A stretch of DNA of 64,000 nucleotides from Chiloscyllium plagiosum (lineage: Eukaryota), in assembly GCF_004010195.1 (NCBI RefSeq), contig NC_057753.1, positions 12,008,570 to 12,072,569 of the forward strand. Direction: 5' to 3'. Below, in pieces: positions 11,015 to 23,588 of the stretch. Numbering within the stretch: position 1 is the stretch's first letter; each line of letters starts with the position of its first letter. A model generated the notes under the pieces. The model had not been told where the DNA came from. It saw nothing but the letters and a program-made list of their open reading frames with translations, and ran no database searches. A program made the position numbers and the translations under genes.

Positions 11015-11316
11015 TGATCTCCTGTCACAAGATCTTGGATTGAAGGGTCTGTTTCTGTGCTGTACATCTCATTGACTCTTTATTTGCACAAATGCCATCC
11101 TTGAGTGCTCTTCACTCCACCTTTTACCTATCATTCTTGAATGTCACATATTTCTCAATATTCATCCTGATCTCCTGGAACAAGATCTTGGATTGAAGGG
11201 TCTGTTTCTGTGCTGTACATCTCTATGACTCTTTATTTGCACAAATGCCATCCTTGAGTGCTCTTCACTCCACCTTTTACCTATCATTCTTGAATGTCAC
11301 ATATTTCTCAATATTC
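11010..11316. repeat. 153-bp tandem duplication
   Basis: atcctgatctcc...caatattc at 11011 and 11164, nearly identical. Confidence 0.9.
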
Positions 11317-11406
11317 AGGACATAATCAATAAAGCTAATTCATTCATTCACTCACAATCCTTGTCATTCCAAAAAAAAAACACCATAAGCGATAGCAACA
11401 AGAGTA

Positions 11407-12387
11407 TGTTGCAACACTGGGTAAACCCCCCTGCTTGATTTAAACCACCAACACAGAAAAGATTTATCCCCTGCAGAAGTCTGTGAAAATTCGAGAGGCC
11501 AAGAACTATTTAAAGTAAAAATAACAATTTTATTTCTTAAAGTAAAGTGGAGAATAATTAACTAACAACTATTTACAACTTCCTCTAACTTAACTTTTAC
11601 TTTCCCTTCTGGAATACTAGTACAGTAAAACCCCGAGTAAGATTTACCAAAAATTCAAATTTTAAAACCAGGCAGCTGTTGAATCTTCCCTTTGTACCTT
11701 CCTCTGTAGATTATCTTCTCCTTAGGGATTTCTCTTTCACAGTTCGTTGATAGATAAAGGTACCTTTAAGAGAGCTGTACTTTGGGCAGTCTGTACATGC
11801 TTAGTGGCTTGGCAGTTCCTCCCTAAACTGTTCAGTTTTTCCCGGTCTTATATCCCAAAGCATCAGATTGTTTCATTGGTTTCTAATATTGTCCATATCA
11901 CTAAATTCAAACTCGATTGGAGGGTTGGTACTCTTTTTAGAATAGAAAGTGCTTTATTAATTTTATTTTACAAAATCAGTTTTATTTATGTGATAGAAAA
12001 CAGAAGTAACATTGTTGGCGATTACAAAATTGCCATTGACATTTCTCATTCCACAGCACTAGTTTCTGTTCTAATGCCACAATTAATACCCAATTATTAA
12101 TTAAAATATTAAAAAAAAGGACAACACCAGTGTTTATAAAACCTATATAAGATTAGCATAAGTTACAACGATCAATATTAAATTGGAGCTTCTCAGAGGA
12201 TGATTGGAGGGTTGGAGGGGTACACTTTAAACTGATTGGCCGACTTTGAATTTGTTTTTGTCTCCTTGCGACTCAGCCAATGCTAGCTGCTGGACTAAAT
12301 GTTACATTGTAAATTCTCCAGCACTCTGTGTGCTTGCTAAGTCCTTTGCTCTCAAAAGGTACAGTACATTTCTACACCTTCATAACA
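11407..12387. mobile_element. Solo LTR with a 4-bp TSD
   Basis: Starts TGTTG and ends TAACA. AGTA is present at 11403-11406 and 12388-12391. Confidence 0.7.
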
Positions 12388-13154
12388 AGTAGGAGCACCT
12401 CCTTCACTCTGGCTGGAGGACTAACCTAGACTTGAAACGTTAGCTTGTTCTCTCTCCACGGATACCGTCTGACCAGCTGCAACTTCCAGCTTTTGTCGTC
12501 TTCACAAGGATATTGCCAGGGGTTGGAGGGTTTGACCTGTAAAGAGAGAGAGAGAGGCTCTGAGGTTGGAGTGTCGGAGGCTGACTTTACACAAGTTTAT
12601 AAGGTCACGAGGGACATGGATAGGGTGGACGGCCAAGGACTTTTCCCCCCGGGATAGGGGAGTCCAAAACTAGAGGGCTGAGGTTTAAGTTGAGAGGGGA
12701 GAGATTTAACATGGAACCAAACGGGGAATCCTTTTCACACAGAGGGTAGTGCGATTATAGACTGAACTGCCAGAGGAAGTGGGGGAGATTAGATATTCCG
12801 AATCAATCTAGTCTCATTTGCCAGCACTTGTGCCTCTAAACCCTTCCTATTCGTGCCCCTATCCAGATGGCTTTTACTTTTTTGCAAGCATTTGTCGAGA
12901 ACCTTTCACACAGTCCAATAATTACAAAGTGCTTCATAGAGTTTTCTTTAAAGAAGTCTATTAAAAAAAAAAAAGAGGAGGATTGAGAGAGTCAGAGATA
13001 CTTCCAGATCTTTGGGTCTGGGCAGAGTTACCTACATTAGAGCGATGTAGGTGAGGGTAGTGTTACTCTACGGAGACAGACAGTCCAACCGTACCTGCTT
13101 CTGTACTTCTGCATTTGCAACACGCTAAAATTGAAATCCTTCGAAGACCCTCAA

Positions 13155-13355
13155 TAGTTTAAAAATCACACAATACCATGGTTATAGACCAACAGGTTTA
13201 TTTGGAAGCACTAGCTTTTGGAGCGCTGCTCCTTCGTCAGGTTTCAGAGCAGCGCTCCGAAAGCTATGTGCTTCCAAATAAACCTGTTCGGCGATAACCT
13301 GGTGTTGTGCGATTTTTAACTTTGTCCAACCCAGTGCAACACCAGCACCTCCTCT
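13155..13355. mobile_element. Penelope-like family B inverted-arm element
   Basis: Arms tttaaaaatcacacaatacc...ggagcgctgctccttcgtcagg and gagcagcgctccgaaagcta...gatttttaact are reverse complements. Confidence 0.75.
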
Positions 13356-13929
13356 CCATAATTATGCCATTACTTTCCGACCAGATCTTTAAAATTACCA
13401 ATCCCAGACTTTGGTAATTCCAGACATCAGTTTTGTGTCTTAAGCAAAATAGATGATCAATTTATTAAAAACAATAACTTTAGAGAAGAAAATTATATAA
13501 AGTATTACAATTAATGTCTACACTTTAACTTGGCTACACCGTTGTCAGCTCCTCATTCACACAAAGGACAGACAAAGAAACAACCCACAATAATTAAAAG
13601 AAAATTACAAAACTGGCTCGATTACTTATGGAATCCTTACAGTGGAGAAAGAGGCTATTTGGCCCCTCGAAGCTACACTAAGCCTCGAAAGAGCATCCCA
13701 CCAAGATCCACACCATCCCTGTAATTCATTCCTGATCAAGGGCTTATGCCCGAAACGTCGATTCTCCTGCTCCTCGGATGCTGCCTGACCGGCCGCGCTT
13801 TTCCAGCACCACACTCTCGACTCCATCCCTGTAACTCCACGTGGGTTTTGTTTTAAAAAGCCATAGCTAACCAGCACATCCCTGAACGCTGCAGTGCAAC
13901 ATTTAGCCAAACCATCTAAAAACTGCCCA

Positions 13930-14087
13930 CCTTGAGACAGTGGGAGGAAACCAGAGCACCTGCAGGTAGCCCACGCAGACACGTCGAGGGGGAAGAACGT
14001 GCAGACTCCACACAGTCGCCCCCAGGGTGGAATCGAACCCAGGTCCCTGGTGCTGCGAGGCAGCAGTGCGGACCTCTGTGTCACCGC
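13930..14087 (-). mobile_element. HE1-type SINE, 5' part
   Basis: Reverse complement of the HE1 head and central domain. Confidence 0.75.
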
Positions 14088-14679
14088 GCTGCTTTCATCT
14101 GTATTACTTGCAGGCCCTAGCTGCTGTCATTTGGTTGTGACATCGCAAGTGATGCGTGCTGTTTGTCAAGAGCGCAGACCTTCTGAAAGGAACATCATCA
14201 CTTGCAGCAAAGTTGCCCTAAAGATGCCCTGGCGATCCCTCAGGGGTCCCAACTGCCAACGAATTTCCCAGCAAGTTCACGCTTCTGAGGCCCTCTGTAA
14301 ACGTCTCGAAAATGGAGTTATTTAACATTACTTTCACAGCGTGTCGTTTTGCTCAAGGGATGAGGGTGTCGCTGGATAGGTGGACATTTACTAGGAGAGA
14401 GCGAGGAGTGCAGACGCTGGAGATCAGATTCGAAGAGTGTGGCGCTGGAAAAACGCAGTCGGTCAGGCAGCATCCCTGCTGTCACCTTCACCCCCAACTT
14501 CATTGACCTACTGCATTCTCAGCTACCTCCCCACCCCCCCTCCCATTTAGCTTGCAGCCCCCTCCTTGGGCCACATTCCTGATGAAGAGCTTACGCTCGA
14601 AATGTCTACTCTTCTATTCCTCGGATGCTACCTGACCAGCTGTACTTTTCCAGAAACATACTCTTCAGCGGAAGTGAAG

Positions 14680-14968
14680 ATTTATCGTCCGTCCTTAATT
14701 GTCCCAAGGGCAGTTCAGAGTCAACCACATCGCTGTGGGTCTGGAGCCACATGTCAGGCGAAACAGGTAAGGGTGACAGTTTCCTTCCCGAAAGGGCATT
14801 AGTGAACCAGATGGGTTTTTCCCTGACCATGGATTCATTAGACTCTCAGTCTCAGATTTTGAATTGAATTCACATTCCACCATCTGCTGTGGCAGGATTT
14901 GAACCTGGGTCCTCAGGACATTATCTGGGTGTCTGGTCCACTGACAACAGCACGAGGCCATTGCCTCC
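14680..14968 (-). mobile_element. tRNA-derived SINE, SacSINE1/DeuSINE-like
   Basis: Reverse complement gggaggcaatggcc...ggttcaaatcctgccacagcagatggtggaa. A related copy is at about 50925-51275. Confidence 0.6.
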
Positions 14969-15034
14969 CTCCTTCCTGGAAGCATTGATCAGTGTCATCT
15001 TTTCAGTTCACTCACGTATCTGTAATAATCCGGT

Positions 15035-15328
15035 TGGCACAGCGACTCAGTGGTTAGCATTGCTGCCTCACAGCACCAGGGACCTAGGTTTGATTCCTCC
15101 CTCAGGCAACTGTTTGCACAATCTCTGTGCGGCTTTCCTCCGGTTTCCTCCCACTGTCCAAAGGTGTGCATTTTAATGTGGATTGGCCGTGCTAAATTGC
15201 CCCGAGTGTGCGGGCTAGGTGGATTAGCCACGGAGAAAGCAGGGTTGTAGGGGCTGAGTCTGAGTGGGATGCTGTTCGGAAGGTTGGTGTGGGCTCAATG
15301 GGCTGAACGGCCTGCAGCCACACTGTAG
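15035..15328 (+). mobile_element. HE1-type SINE
   Basis: Head, central domain and tail are all recognisable. Confidence 0.75.
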
Positions 15329-16517
15329 GTATTCGACTTCCACCTCCAGCTTTCCAGTCTCCAAGCTTCCGGAAGCTGGTGAGAGAGAGATGAAGCAGGC
15401 AGCTTTCAAAAGTTCACACCGTGCCAGTAGCAGCCCCTCTGAAAACCAACAGTTTGAAAAAAACACATCCAACTCTGATTCCGCCCTGACAGCCTGATCT
15501 TTTCCCAAGAACCTCAATTACCACTCAACATCCACTTTGAATATAGGGCCTCTTGCAGTCTCACCAGAACCAATTCCTACATAGCGATCGTGTCAGCGCC
15601 CCACTTCTGCGATCCCGGGGTCGCTGTGTCAGGCGAAACCTTTTTAATTCAACGATGAGGCCTGAGCTTCACCAACCAAACAAAGGCTTTTACTTTCACC
15701 ACAAGTCTGTCCCAATTTTCTGCCGCCATTCCATGTTTGCAGCCCCAAACCCAAATGGCTTAAAAGAATAAAAGTAAAACTAATGAAAAATCTGTGAGGG
15801 TTCTGACAGTAGGAAAGGGTCTGAATCAGAGGAGGGAATGGGCATCTTGGGATCAAGGGGATCCCAGGTATGGTCAGTCATGAAGAGAGAGGCTACCTCC
15901 TTGTGGGTCATGATCATGGCTGTGCAGGAGATATCTGCTGGCTTGACACAGGATGACAGACACTGCCTGTGTGGCTTTACACCACAAAGTTGGTCTGCAG
16001 CAGACTTGGGGGTGGCGAGAGGGGAGGTCCAACTCTTCCATGCTGACCAGATATCCCAAATTAATCTTGTCTCATTTGCCCATATCCCTCTGAACCCTTC
16101 CTATTCAGGTGCCTTTTAATTGTATTTGTACCAGTTTCCACCACTTGCTCTGGCATCTCGTTCCACCCACGCACCATCCCCTGCGTAAGAAAGATGCCCC
16201 TCGGGCACCTTTGATATCTTTCCCCTCTTACCTCAAGCCCACGCCCTCTACTTTTGGACTCCCCTACCCTGATTCCTGATGAAGAGCTTATGCTCGAAAC
16301 GTCGACTCTCCTGCTCCTCGGATGCCTTTTCCAGCACTACATTCTTCGATGTCCCTACCCTGGAAAAAAGTCCTTGGCTATTCATCCTTATCCATGCTGC
16401 CAAGGAACAGTGGGGAAAGACCCACCGCCTAAGGTCTTTCTGCTGGAGTTAGAAGGGGTGTCCGTTCAGTTACCTGACCCTCCCAATGCCTCATATCTTG
16501 GTCAATGGGGTGGGGGG

Positions 16518-16852
16518 CTGCACGGTGGCTCGGTGGTTAACACTGCTGCCTCACAGGCGCCAAGTTCGATTCCAGCCTCGGGCTACTGTCTATGTGTGGA
16601 GTTTGCACATTCTCCCCGTGTCTGCGTGGCTTTCCTCCGGGTGCTCCGGTTTCCTCCCACAGTCCAAAGATGTGCGGGTTGGGTGAATTGGCCGTGCTAA
16701 ATCGCCCTCGGTGTTCAGGGGTGTGTGGGCCAGGGTGCATTAGTCAGGGGAAATGTAGGGTAATAGGGTAGGGGAATGGGTCTGGGCAGATACTCTTCGG
16801 AGGGTCAGTGCAGACTTGTTGGGCAGAAGGGCCTGTTTACACACTGTAGGGA
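16518..16852 (+). mobile_element. HE1-type SINE
   Basis: Head, central domain and tail are all recognisable. Confidence 0.85.
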
Positions 16853-17059
16853 TTCCCATTCTCTTGTACAACTAAGAAATGCCTTTGGTTTGTTTGCTAG
16901 ATGGGGGTCAAACTCCAGTTTTATTTTTGCTTCTTCATAAGCCACTGTAACAGAACCGAATAGCTTAAGAGCCTATGGGTGTGTATGTATAAAGGTACTT
17001 TTATGAATAAAGTACATAATTTGATATAAAGATGCTCCAGTTTCCTTTGGCTGTTCCTA

Positions 17060-17545
17060 CTCAGTCCTCCAATCCCGCCCTTTCATTCATTCCAATTGGT
17101 TGGAGGACCAGCCTTACCCGCCGTCTATTGGGCCGCAGCGGCCGTCAGTCACCCATCTCCTCTTCCTATTGGTCTATCGTGTCCGTCGGTGACGGGGGGG
17201 TGGCCCCCCTCTTCCTATTGGAGCTGAGTGGCCATCAATCACCCGGTCCCCATGGTGATCCGGGGCATGCGCACCGCCGCTGTGAAGTCGGCGTCGGACC
17301 GCCATGATCGATTTGGCCGGCGCGTCGCTTGAGCCGTAAGTAACGGAGCTGAGAGGCCGGGTCGGGCGGCACGTTCACTTCAGCAATCGGTGGGCGGTGG
17401 TGGGGCCGCGTTTGAAACACTCAGTGCCCTCCGTTTGCTGCAAACGGGAGGAGGAGGCAGGTACCGGCCTCCTTCAGGCCCGGATTAATGGCCGCCATCT
17501 TGAAAATAGGCAGAGCAGCGAGCTGCGCATGCGCCGTCGTGCTCT
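17060..17545 (+). promoter_or_regulatory. CpG-island promoter (probably of ZNF-B)
   Basis: Multiple CCAAT/ATTGG boxes, a GC box, YY1 GCCGCCATCTT at 17491-17501 and NRF1 TGCGCATGCGC at 17524-17534. Confidence 0.75.
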
Positions 17546-17798
17546 TTGGGAAGGAACAAAGGGATGTTCCCGGATGTGGGGTGGAGCAGGGCAGGAGATG
17601 GTCAATGTCAAAGATGTCCTGGACTCATAAGCAATGGTGATGCTCATGGTTGTTGTCAAGGCACAAAAGCATTGCCTCACCCTGGCTGTTAATGCCAGAA
17701 TCATGAAAGACCTGTCTCGAAAAGGAAAATCAAGGTAAAGGTTTCTCCCAGAGAGGAATGAGGCAAAACCATAAATGGGTGGCAGAGCTCACACTCCA

Positions 17799-17985
17799 GA
17801 GTGCGGCGCTGGAAAAGCACAGCAGGTCAGGCAGCGCCCGAGGCGCAGGAGAGTCGACGTTTCGGGCATAAGCCCTCCATCAGCAATGCGCCCCTTTTTC
17901 CCGATGAAGGGCTTATGCCCGAAACGTCGACTCTCCTGCTCCCCGGGCGCTGCCTGACCTGCTGTGCTTTTCCAGCGCCGCGCTC
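17799..17985. mobile_element. Penelope-like family A fold-back element with hammerhead-like cores
   Basis: Arms of about 80 bp are reverse complements. The right arm contains ccgatgaagggcttatgcccgaaacgtcg. Confidence 0.8.
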
Positions 17986-18049
17986 TTGACCGAGCTCGCG
18001 GCTGGAAATCTGTTGAGTGAGGCTTCTGAGTGCCGAAGTGCTAATTGGA

Positions 18050-18412
18050 AGTCGAGGTGCTTGCTCGTCGGTCTTGCGTGAAGCCCCTCCTGGGGCATGA
18101 GTGCAGACAGAAATGTGGGTAGGGGAGTAAGGTAGTGAATTAAAATAGCGTGCGGCTGGAAAGTCAAGAGTTGTTCTTGAGGATTCAGTTGAGGCGCTCC
18201 ACAAAAAGCAGACTCCAGTCTGCAAATGGCTTCCTCTGTTCAGAGTTGAAAATTGTGGCGCTGGGAAAGCACGGCAGATCAGGCTGGATCTGAGGAGCTG
18301 GCGAATCGATGTTTCCGGCATAAGCTCTTCATCAGGAATGTGGGAGGGGCGGGGAGGGGAGATGGGAAAACTGGTGAAATCGACATTGATGCCTTGTGGG
18401 TGGAGGGTCCCA
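18050..18412 (-). mobile_element. Penelope GIY-YIG C-terminal remnants plus family A terminal repeat
   Basis: Reverse complement reads LGTLHPQGINVDFTSF, followed by cctgatgaagagcttatgccggaaacatcg. Confidence 0.65.
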
Positions 18413-19750
18413 AGTTCGTAGGAGATTTCATTGCGAACTTGTGTCGAAAGAAATGCAGGTAAATTGCGACTTCATTTTGAAGGGGTATTGGAGGCTTTTG
18501 TGAGGAGGTTAAAATGGCATCCATTGCGCCTCATTGAGAAGTTGCAGCAGCGCGGGGGTGGGGGGAAGTGTTGGGGGCGACGAAGGATTGGACCAGGGTG
18601 ACATTGAGGCTACTTCAGTAGGCTGAGAGATGATGTAAATACTGTTCGATTTCTGCACTTCAGGGGCCAAATACTTGAAGTGGAAGCAGTCCACAGAAGG
18701 TTCGCTTATTCTGGGATGGAAGAATTGTGTTTTCTGGAGAAATGTACAGGTTAGGCTTATACTCAGTGATGTTTTGAACAAGGAGAAACAGTCTTAAAAC
18801 ACGTGGGATTCTGAGGGGTCCTAGCAGGATAGACGCTGAGAGGATGTTTCATTCTTTGTCAGGCTGAGTTTAATAATAAGGGATAAAACATTTATTTTCC
18901 TGATGGGTGGCTATTAGTGTTTACCATTCTTTTCCACAGAGAGCAGTGGAGGGTGGATGATTAATATATAAGGCTGAGAGTCAGGTATGTTTTTATTTGT
19001 CAAGGGAGTCAAAGATTATGGGGGTCAGGCAAGAAAGTGGAGTTAAGGCCACAATCATGATTTTAGTCAATGACAGAGAGCAGGCTTCACGGGCTGAATT
19101 AACTACTCCTGCTCCTGTTTCTGAATGATTCAGTGAATCATTGTTTTTTTGAAAAGTGAGAGACCCATCATGTAACTGTCAGAATGTTGGAAATGTGTTG
19201 GTTCTCTGTCGAGTCAAATCGCTTCTGTCCCACACTGAGAAATGCTTGAGATTTGTAAACTCCATCCTCCACGGGAGTTTACTGATCCATTGCTGACAGC
19301 GACCTCAAAGGGTGACAGCTCATCTCGGGGTGGGGGTGGGGTGTAGTGATTGTCATCAGTCCTGGACCAGAAAGAAAAGAGGCGGACTGAGCAGAGGGAG
19401 CTGTTCCTCCAATCGTTCCGAGTAAAGGAAGGATGGGACAACTTTCAGGGCCCAGGAGATGGATAAAGTGTCCCACAAAAAAAAAACGAGAATTTTCTGT
19501 CCTTGTAGTAACGATGTTTATAAACACCTATTGCAGGGGATTGAGCGGACGAATTGCAGACAAAGTAAATCAAACCAAAGACTACAGAGTCTCTCGATTC
19601 GTCAGGGTCCGAATGTAGTCAGCCTTTGAGCGTGGGAAGAGAATTGTTCGTCCATCTGTTTGTGGGAAAATGTTCAATGATTGACGTGATGGGAAGAGCA
19701 TCCAGAATTCCGTTTGCCCCAATGAGGGTGTTCCAATGAACTGAGTGTAG

Positions 19751-20599
19751 AGACAACGTATTGTTGCGCAGACAGGGTTCAGCAGCTCATCCAAACTGGA
19801 GAGACAGAGGAACACCCGCGCCGCATGGAAACCATGGAAGTGCGGGGACTGCGGGAAGGAGTTCCGAAGCCCGTCTGAGCTGGAGGTTCACCACCGCAGT
19901 CACAACGGGGAGAGGCCGTTCATCTGCTCCCAGTGCGGAAAAGGGTTTGCGCAGTCGTTCAACCTGCTGACGCACCAGCGGGTTCACACCGGCGCGAGGC
20001 CGTTCGCCTGCTCAGAGTGTGGGAAGGGATTCACGGATTCGTCCAACCTGCTGAGGCACCGGCGGGTTCACACCGGCGCGAGGCCGTTCGCCTGCTCCGA
20101 GTGTGGGAAGGGATTCACCGACTCCTCCAATCTCCTGAGGCACCGGCGGGTTCACACCGGCGCGAGGCCGTTCACCTGCTCCGAGTGTGGGAAGGAATTC
20201 ACTCAGTCGTCCCATCTGCTGAAACACCAGCGGGTTCACGCTAAGGAGAAACCTGCAGCGCGCCAGGAATGCCATAACAGCGCCAGGGAGCTGACATGCC
20301 GTCGACATGCCAGCACGGAGGAGAAATCGTTCAGGTGCTCTCACTGTGGCGCTGACTTCGGGCGATCATCTGAACTAACTGTGCACCAGCAAATTCACAC
20401 CGAGGAGAAGCTGTTCACCTGCTCCGAGTGTGGGAAGGCATTCGCCGACTCGTCCAGCCTTCTGAGACACCAACAAGCTCACACTGCGGAGAGGCCATTC
20501 ATCTGTACCGGGTGTGGGAAGGGATTCAGCCAGTTTTCCACTCTGCTGGGGCACCAGCATGTTCATGAGCAACTGCAGGCGTTGGATTCCAGCTGTTAA
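19751..20599 (+). CDS. C2H2 zinc-finger reading frame, 8 intact plus 1 degenerate finger, no in-frame ATG (ZNF-B; spliced gene or young pseudogene)
   Basis: Manual translation: open from TAG (19748-50) to TAA (20597-99), reading ...[25 protein letters not shown]...LQALDSSC*. The ORF track shows only the last 72 aa because the first GTG is at 20381. ATG at 19825 is out of frame. Confidence 0.75.
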   Translation, partial: RQRIVAQTGFSSSSKLERQRNTRAAWKPWKCGDCGKEFRSPSELEVHHRSHNGERPFICSQCGKGFAQSFNLLTHQRVHTGARPFACSECGKGFTDSSNLLRHRRVHTGARPFACSECGKGFTDSSNLLRHRRVHTGARPFTCSECGKEFTQSSHLLKHQRVHAKEKPAARQECHNSARELTCRRHASTEEKSFRCSHCGADFGRSSELTVHQQIHTEEKLFTCSECGKAFADSSSLLRHQQAHTAERPFICTGCGKGFSQFSTLLGHQHVHEQLQALDSSC

Positions 20600-21599
20600 G
20601 TCCTGTCCACGTATGCGTTCCACGGCTCAGAACTCTGGGACATTGAACATGTGCTCCTTTTACAACTGCGTTCAGAGTCAGGGAGTGTGGGAAAGGCACT
20701 GCCAAGTCTGAGATTTGTGACAGACCATGTTCTGCACCTGAAAGGGCACGTTTACATTTCCAGGCTGAAAGTGACTGTGTGTGGGGCATTCTGGTCCCAG
20801 GATTTCGAATGTTTTTGAGACATTCCTGATGCAGCTGTTTCAAGGCTTGGGTTGACATTGAACCTTTCGCACAGTACAATATTACAAGACGTGACACAGG
20901 GGTTGACTTTAGATGCGTTAAAAGGAGGAGTGAGGGTCATAACAGCAGAGTGAGAAAATGTAAGAGATTGGACATCATTTGAGGAAATAAAATGGGAAGA
21001 TAGAGGGACCCTGCGAGTTGATATCAATTTTGAAAATGTTCACAGCAGCTAAAAGCTAAAACAAACCTTTGAAGGTGCTCGTATCGATGAGTAAAGGGAT
21101 ATCGGTAACGTTGAAGAACGCGATGTCATGGCCTTGAAAATAGGAAGACTAGACCAATGATGAACACACAGTGAGTGACTGAGTGAGGTGAACTGTGATT
21201 TGAAAACAGGCGTTAACCAGATAAAGGGCCAGGAGTAAAGAGATCCTCCCGAGGAACAGCAGAGAAGAAGCAGAATCCATACCTGACCATTCTGGATATC
21301 ATTCCAGACTGGGAATTGCTGAGTGCATGTGCCCTGGGTAGACCATAACTGGAGAAGTGTCTTCAGTCTAGCTACCACACCTGGGGGAGGAGCTTAGAAA
21401 GAGTACAGCACGGGCTGACCCGAATGATACCTGCGCTCCAAGGAATAAGGTCCGTGGAGAGGTTAATCAGTGAGTAAAATAGTCAATATAGTTGGGCGTA
21501 GATAGAGGATAGATTCACAGATCGGAAACAGCGAGCGGGCACAATATGCGTTAATAACTTGGAGGAAGAAAGCAAACTTGCTGTAACCAGCTTTTCAGA

Positions 21600-22470
21600 T
21601 ATGAAAGTAGGTGGCAAGGCTGGTTGTATGTGTGTGTGTGTGTGTGAGTGAGAGAAAAGAAGCAGTTTGCAGAGAGATGTTGATAGGTTAATGAAGTGGA
21701 CAAATGGAGTGTACATACGCGAAAATGTGAAGTTGTTCATTTTGGAAGGGCGAGCGGCCTGTTATGTAACTCGAGAAAAACTGCAGGAAGCTGCAACACA
21801 AAAGGGGACTTGCGCACAAAACGCAGCAAACCAGCACACAGGGGTAGCAGGTACTATCGAAGGCTAATGGAATGCTGGCCCATATTCCGGGGGGAGTTAG
21901 AGTATAAGAGTAGGTGGGTCTTCATGCAACTGGACAAGGTGCTGGGGCGACCATACGTGGAATACTGTGCGCAGTTTTAGTTCCTTTATTTAAGGAAAGA
22001 TAGCACTTCATTGGAGGCATTTCAAAGACGTTTCACTTGGATGATCCCTGGTCTGGAGGGACTGTCTTATGAGCAAAGGCTAAACGGGTTGGGACTGTGT
22101 ACTCACTGGAATTTAGAAGCATGAGAGGTGATCTCACTGAAACCTATACAATTCTTTATGGGCTTGACAAGGTAAATGCTGAGAGGATGTTTTCCCCCGC
22201 CTCATGGGAGAGTCTAAGATGAAATAGCATAATTTCACAATGAAGGAGCGCCAATTTAAGATTAAGATGAAGAAGACTTTATTCTGAGGGAGCTCCTTGC
22301 CACAGAGAGCTATGGGACTAGATTCCTTGCGCATATTTAAGGCTGAGGTATACACTTGATCGGTCAGTATCAAAGGTTATGGGGGGGGGCGGGGGGAGAA
22401 TGCCGCAGAGTGGATGTAAGGATTTTCAGATCAGCCATGACCCTACTGAGTGGCAGAGCAGGTTGATATT
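21600..22470 (+). mobile_element. CR1-type LINE fragment (older subfamily)
   Basis: LQRDVDRL..W, ELEYKS..VFMQL...RPYVEYCAQF. Confidence 0.75.
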
Positions 22471-23588
22471 CCTGTCCCTATTACTTACGGTCCTGTGGTC
22501 AGAGCCAGAGAAGGAGGTCGTTCGGCCCAGCAAGTCTGTGCTGGCACTGTGTAGATCAACCCAGTCTTTTATTTTGGTTCAGGTGACCATTCAGATTCCT
22601 TCGGCTGTTCCTCCTCCCTCCCAGACCGCATCTGCTGATCTGGAGTGCGCGCAGTTCAGTTGCTGGAGAGCAGAGTTCAGGCCCCGTGCACGTCAGATTT
22701 TGGGGGGGGGGGGAGAGAGAGAGAGAGAGAGAGAGGGTGTGTCTGTCTCTCCTTGGATTTCACCATGAGGGTCCAACAAGCCCAGGATTGCGGGTTTCAG
22801 GGCAGGTCATGGTCGGGAAATCCGACCAGCCGGAGAAGCGGTGGCGTGTGCCGAATGGGTTTTCCGCTAATGTAGTGGGCCTTGGTACTCAGGAAGGAGG
22901 AGGGGGGCTTTTGAGTCTCATACTCGATTTAAAAACCGAGGAGAGCTGCGGATGTTGGAAATCAGAAACGAAAACACAAATTGCTGGAGGAACTCGACTG
23001 GTCTGGCAGAGAAATCCGAGTAAACGTTTCGGGACGAGTCACCCTTTTGTCAGAACTGCTTTCCCTGCCCGTGCTGTCTTTTGTTTTTTGGCTTTTGAGC
23101 ATCTCTCGGCGTGCGGGGTGGATAGACAGAGGTATGTGAGTTAGAAGCGGCCACACGGCCAGGATCAGTGGGGTCACAGAGGCCAGCAATGGGGATTGAC
23201 CCGTTAAAAGACGTGCACTGGACGTTAGACGGTAATTTCAGACTTTCCCGTATTTACCCAGAGGACGTTTTGATTCTTTAAGGTCCAATTGGCAGAAAGA
23301 TCAGGGCGGTGTGAGACTTGGAGGGGAGCTCAGTGATGATTTCCATGTACACTTCCTCCCCAGTCCCTCTCTCTCTCTTTCTTTCTCCTAAGTGACCAGA
23401 TTCCCTTCAGCTCAGTTTCAGAACCTCTGTTTTACGTGGCTTCTCTCTCGCCTTATTTCCCCCACCCTTTTTATTTTTCTCTGTTTTTAAATCAGTTTCA
23501 CGGAGTATTAGTAAGAGTCAGGAAACACAATACATCACGTCAGGATCGGACGGGGTTTCTCGGCAGCTGGGCAGGATCAGACTCGGAG

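Noticed and set aside
10679..11067. Ser/His-rich or acidic protein ORFs
   Set aside because: Translations of the 21-bp minisatellite.
20720..21600. Possible ancient L1 fragment (-) or unique exon
   Set aside because: Only faint resemblance, with no convincing motif readable by eye.
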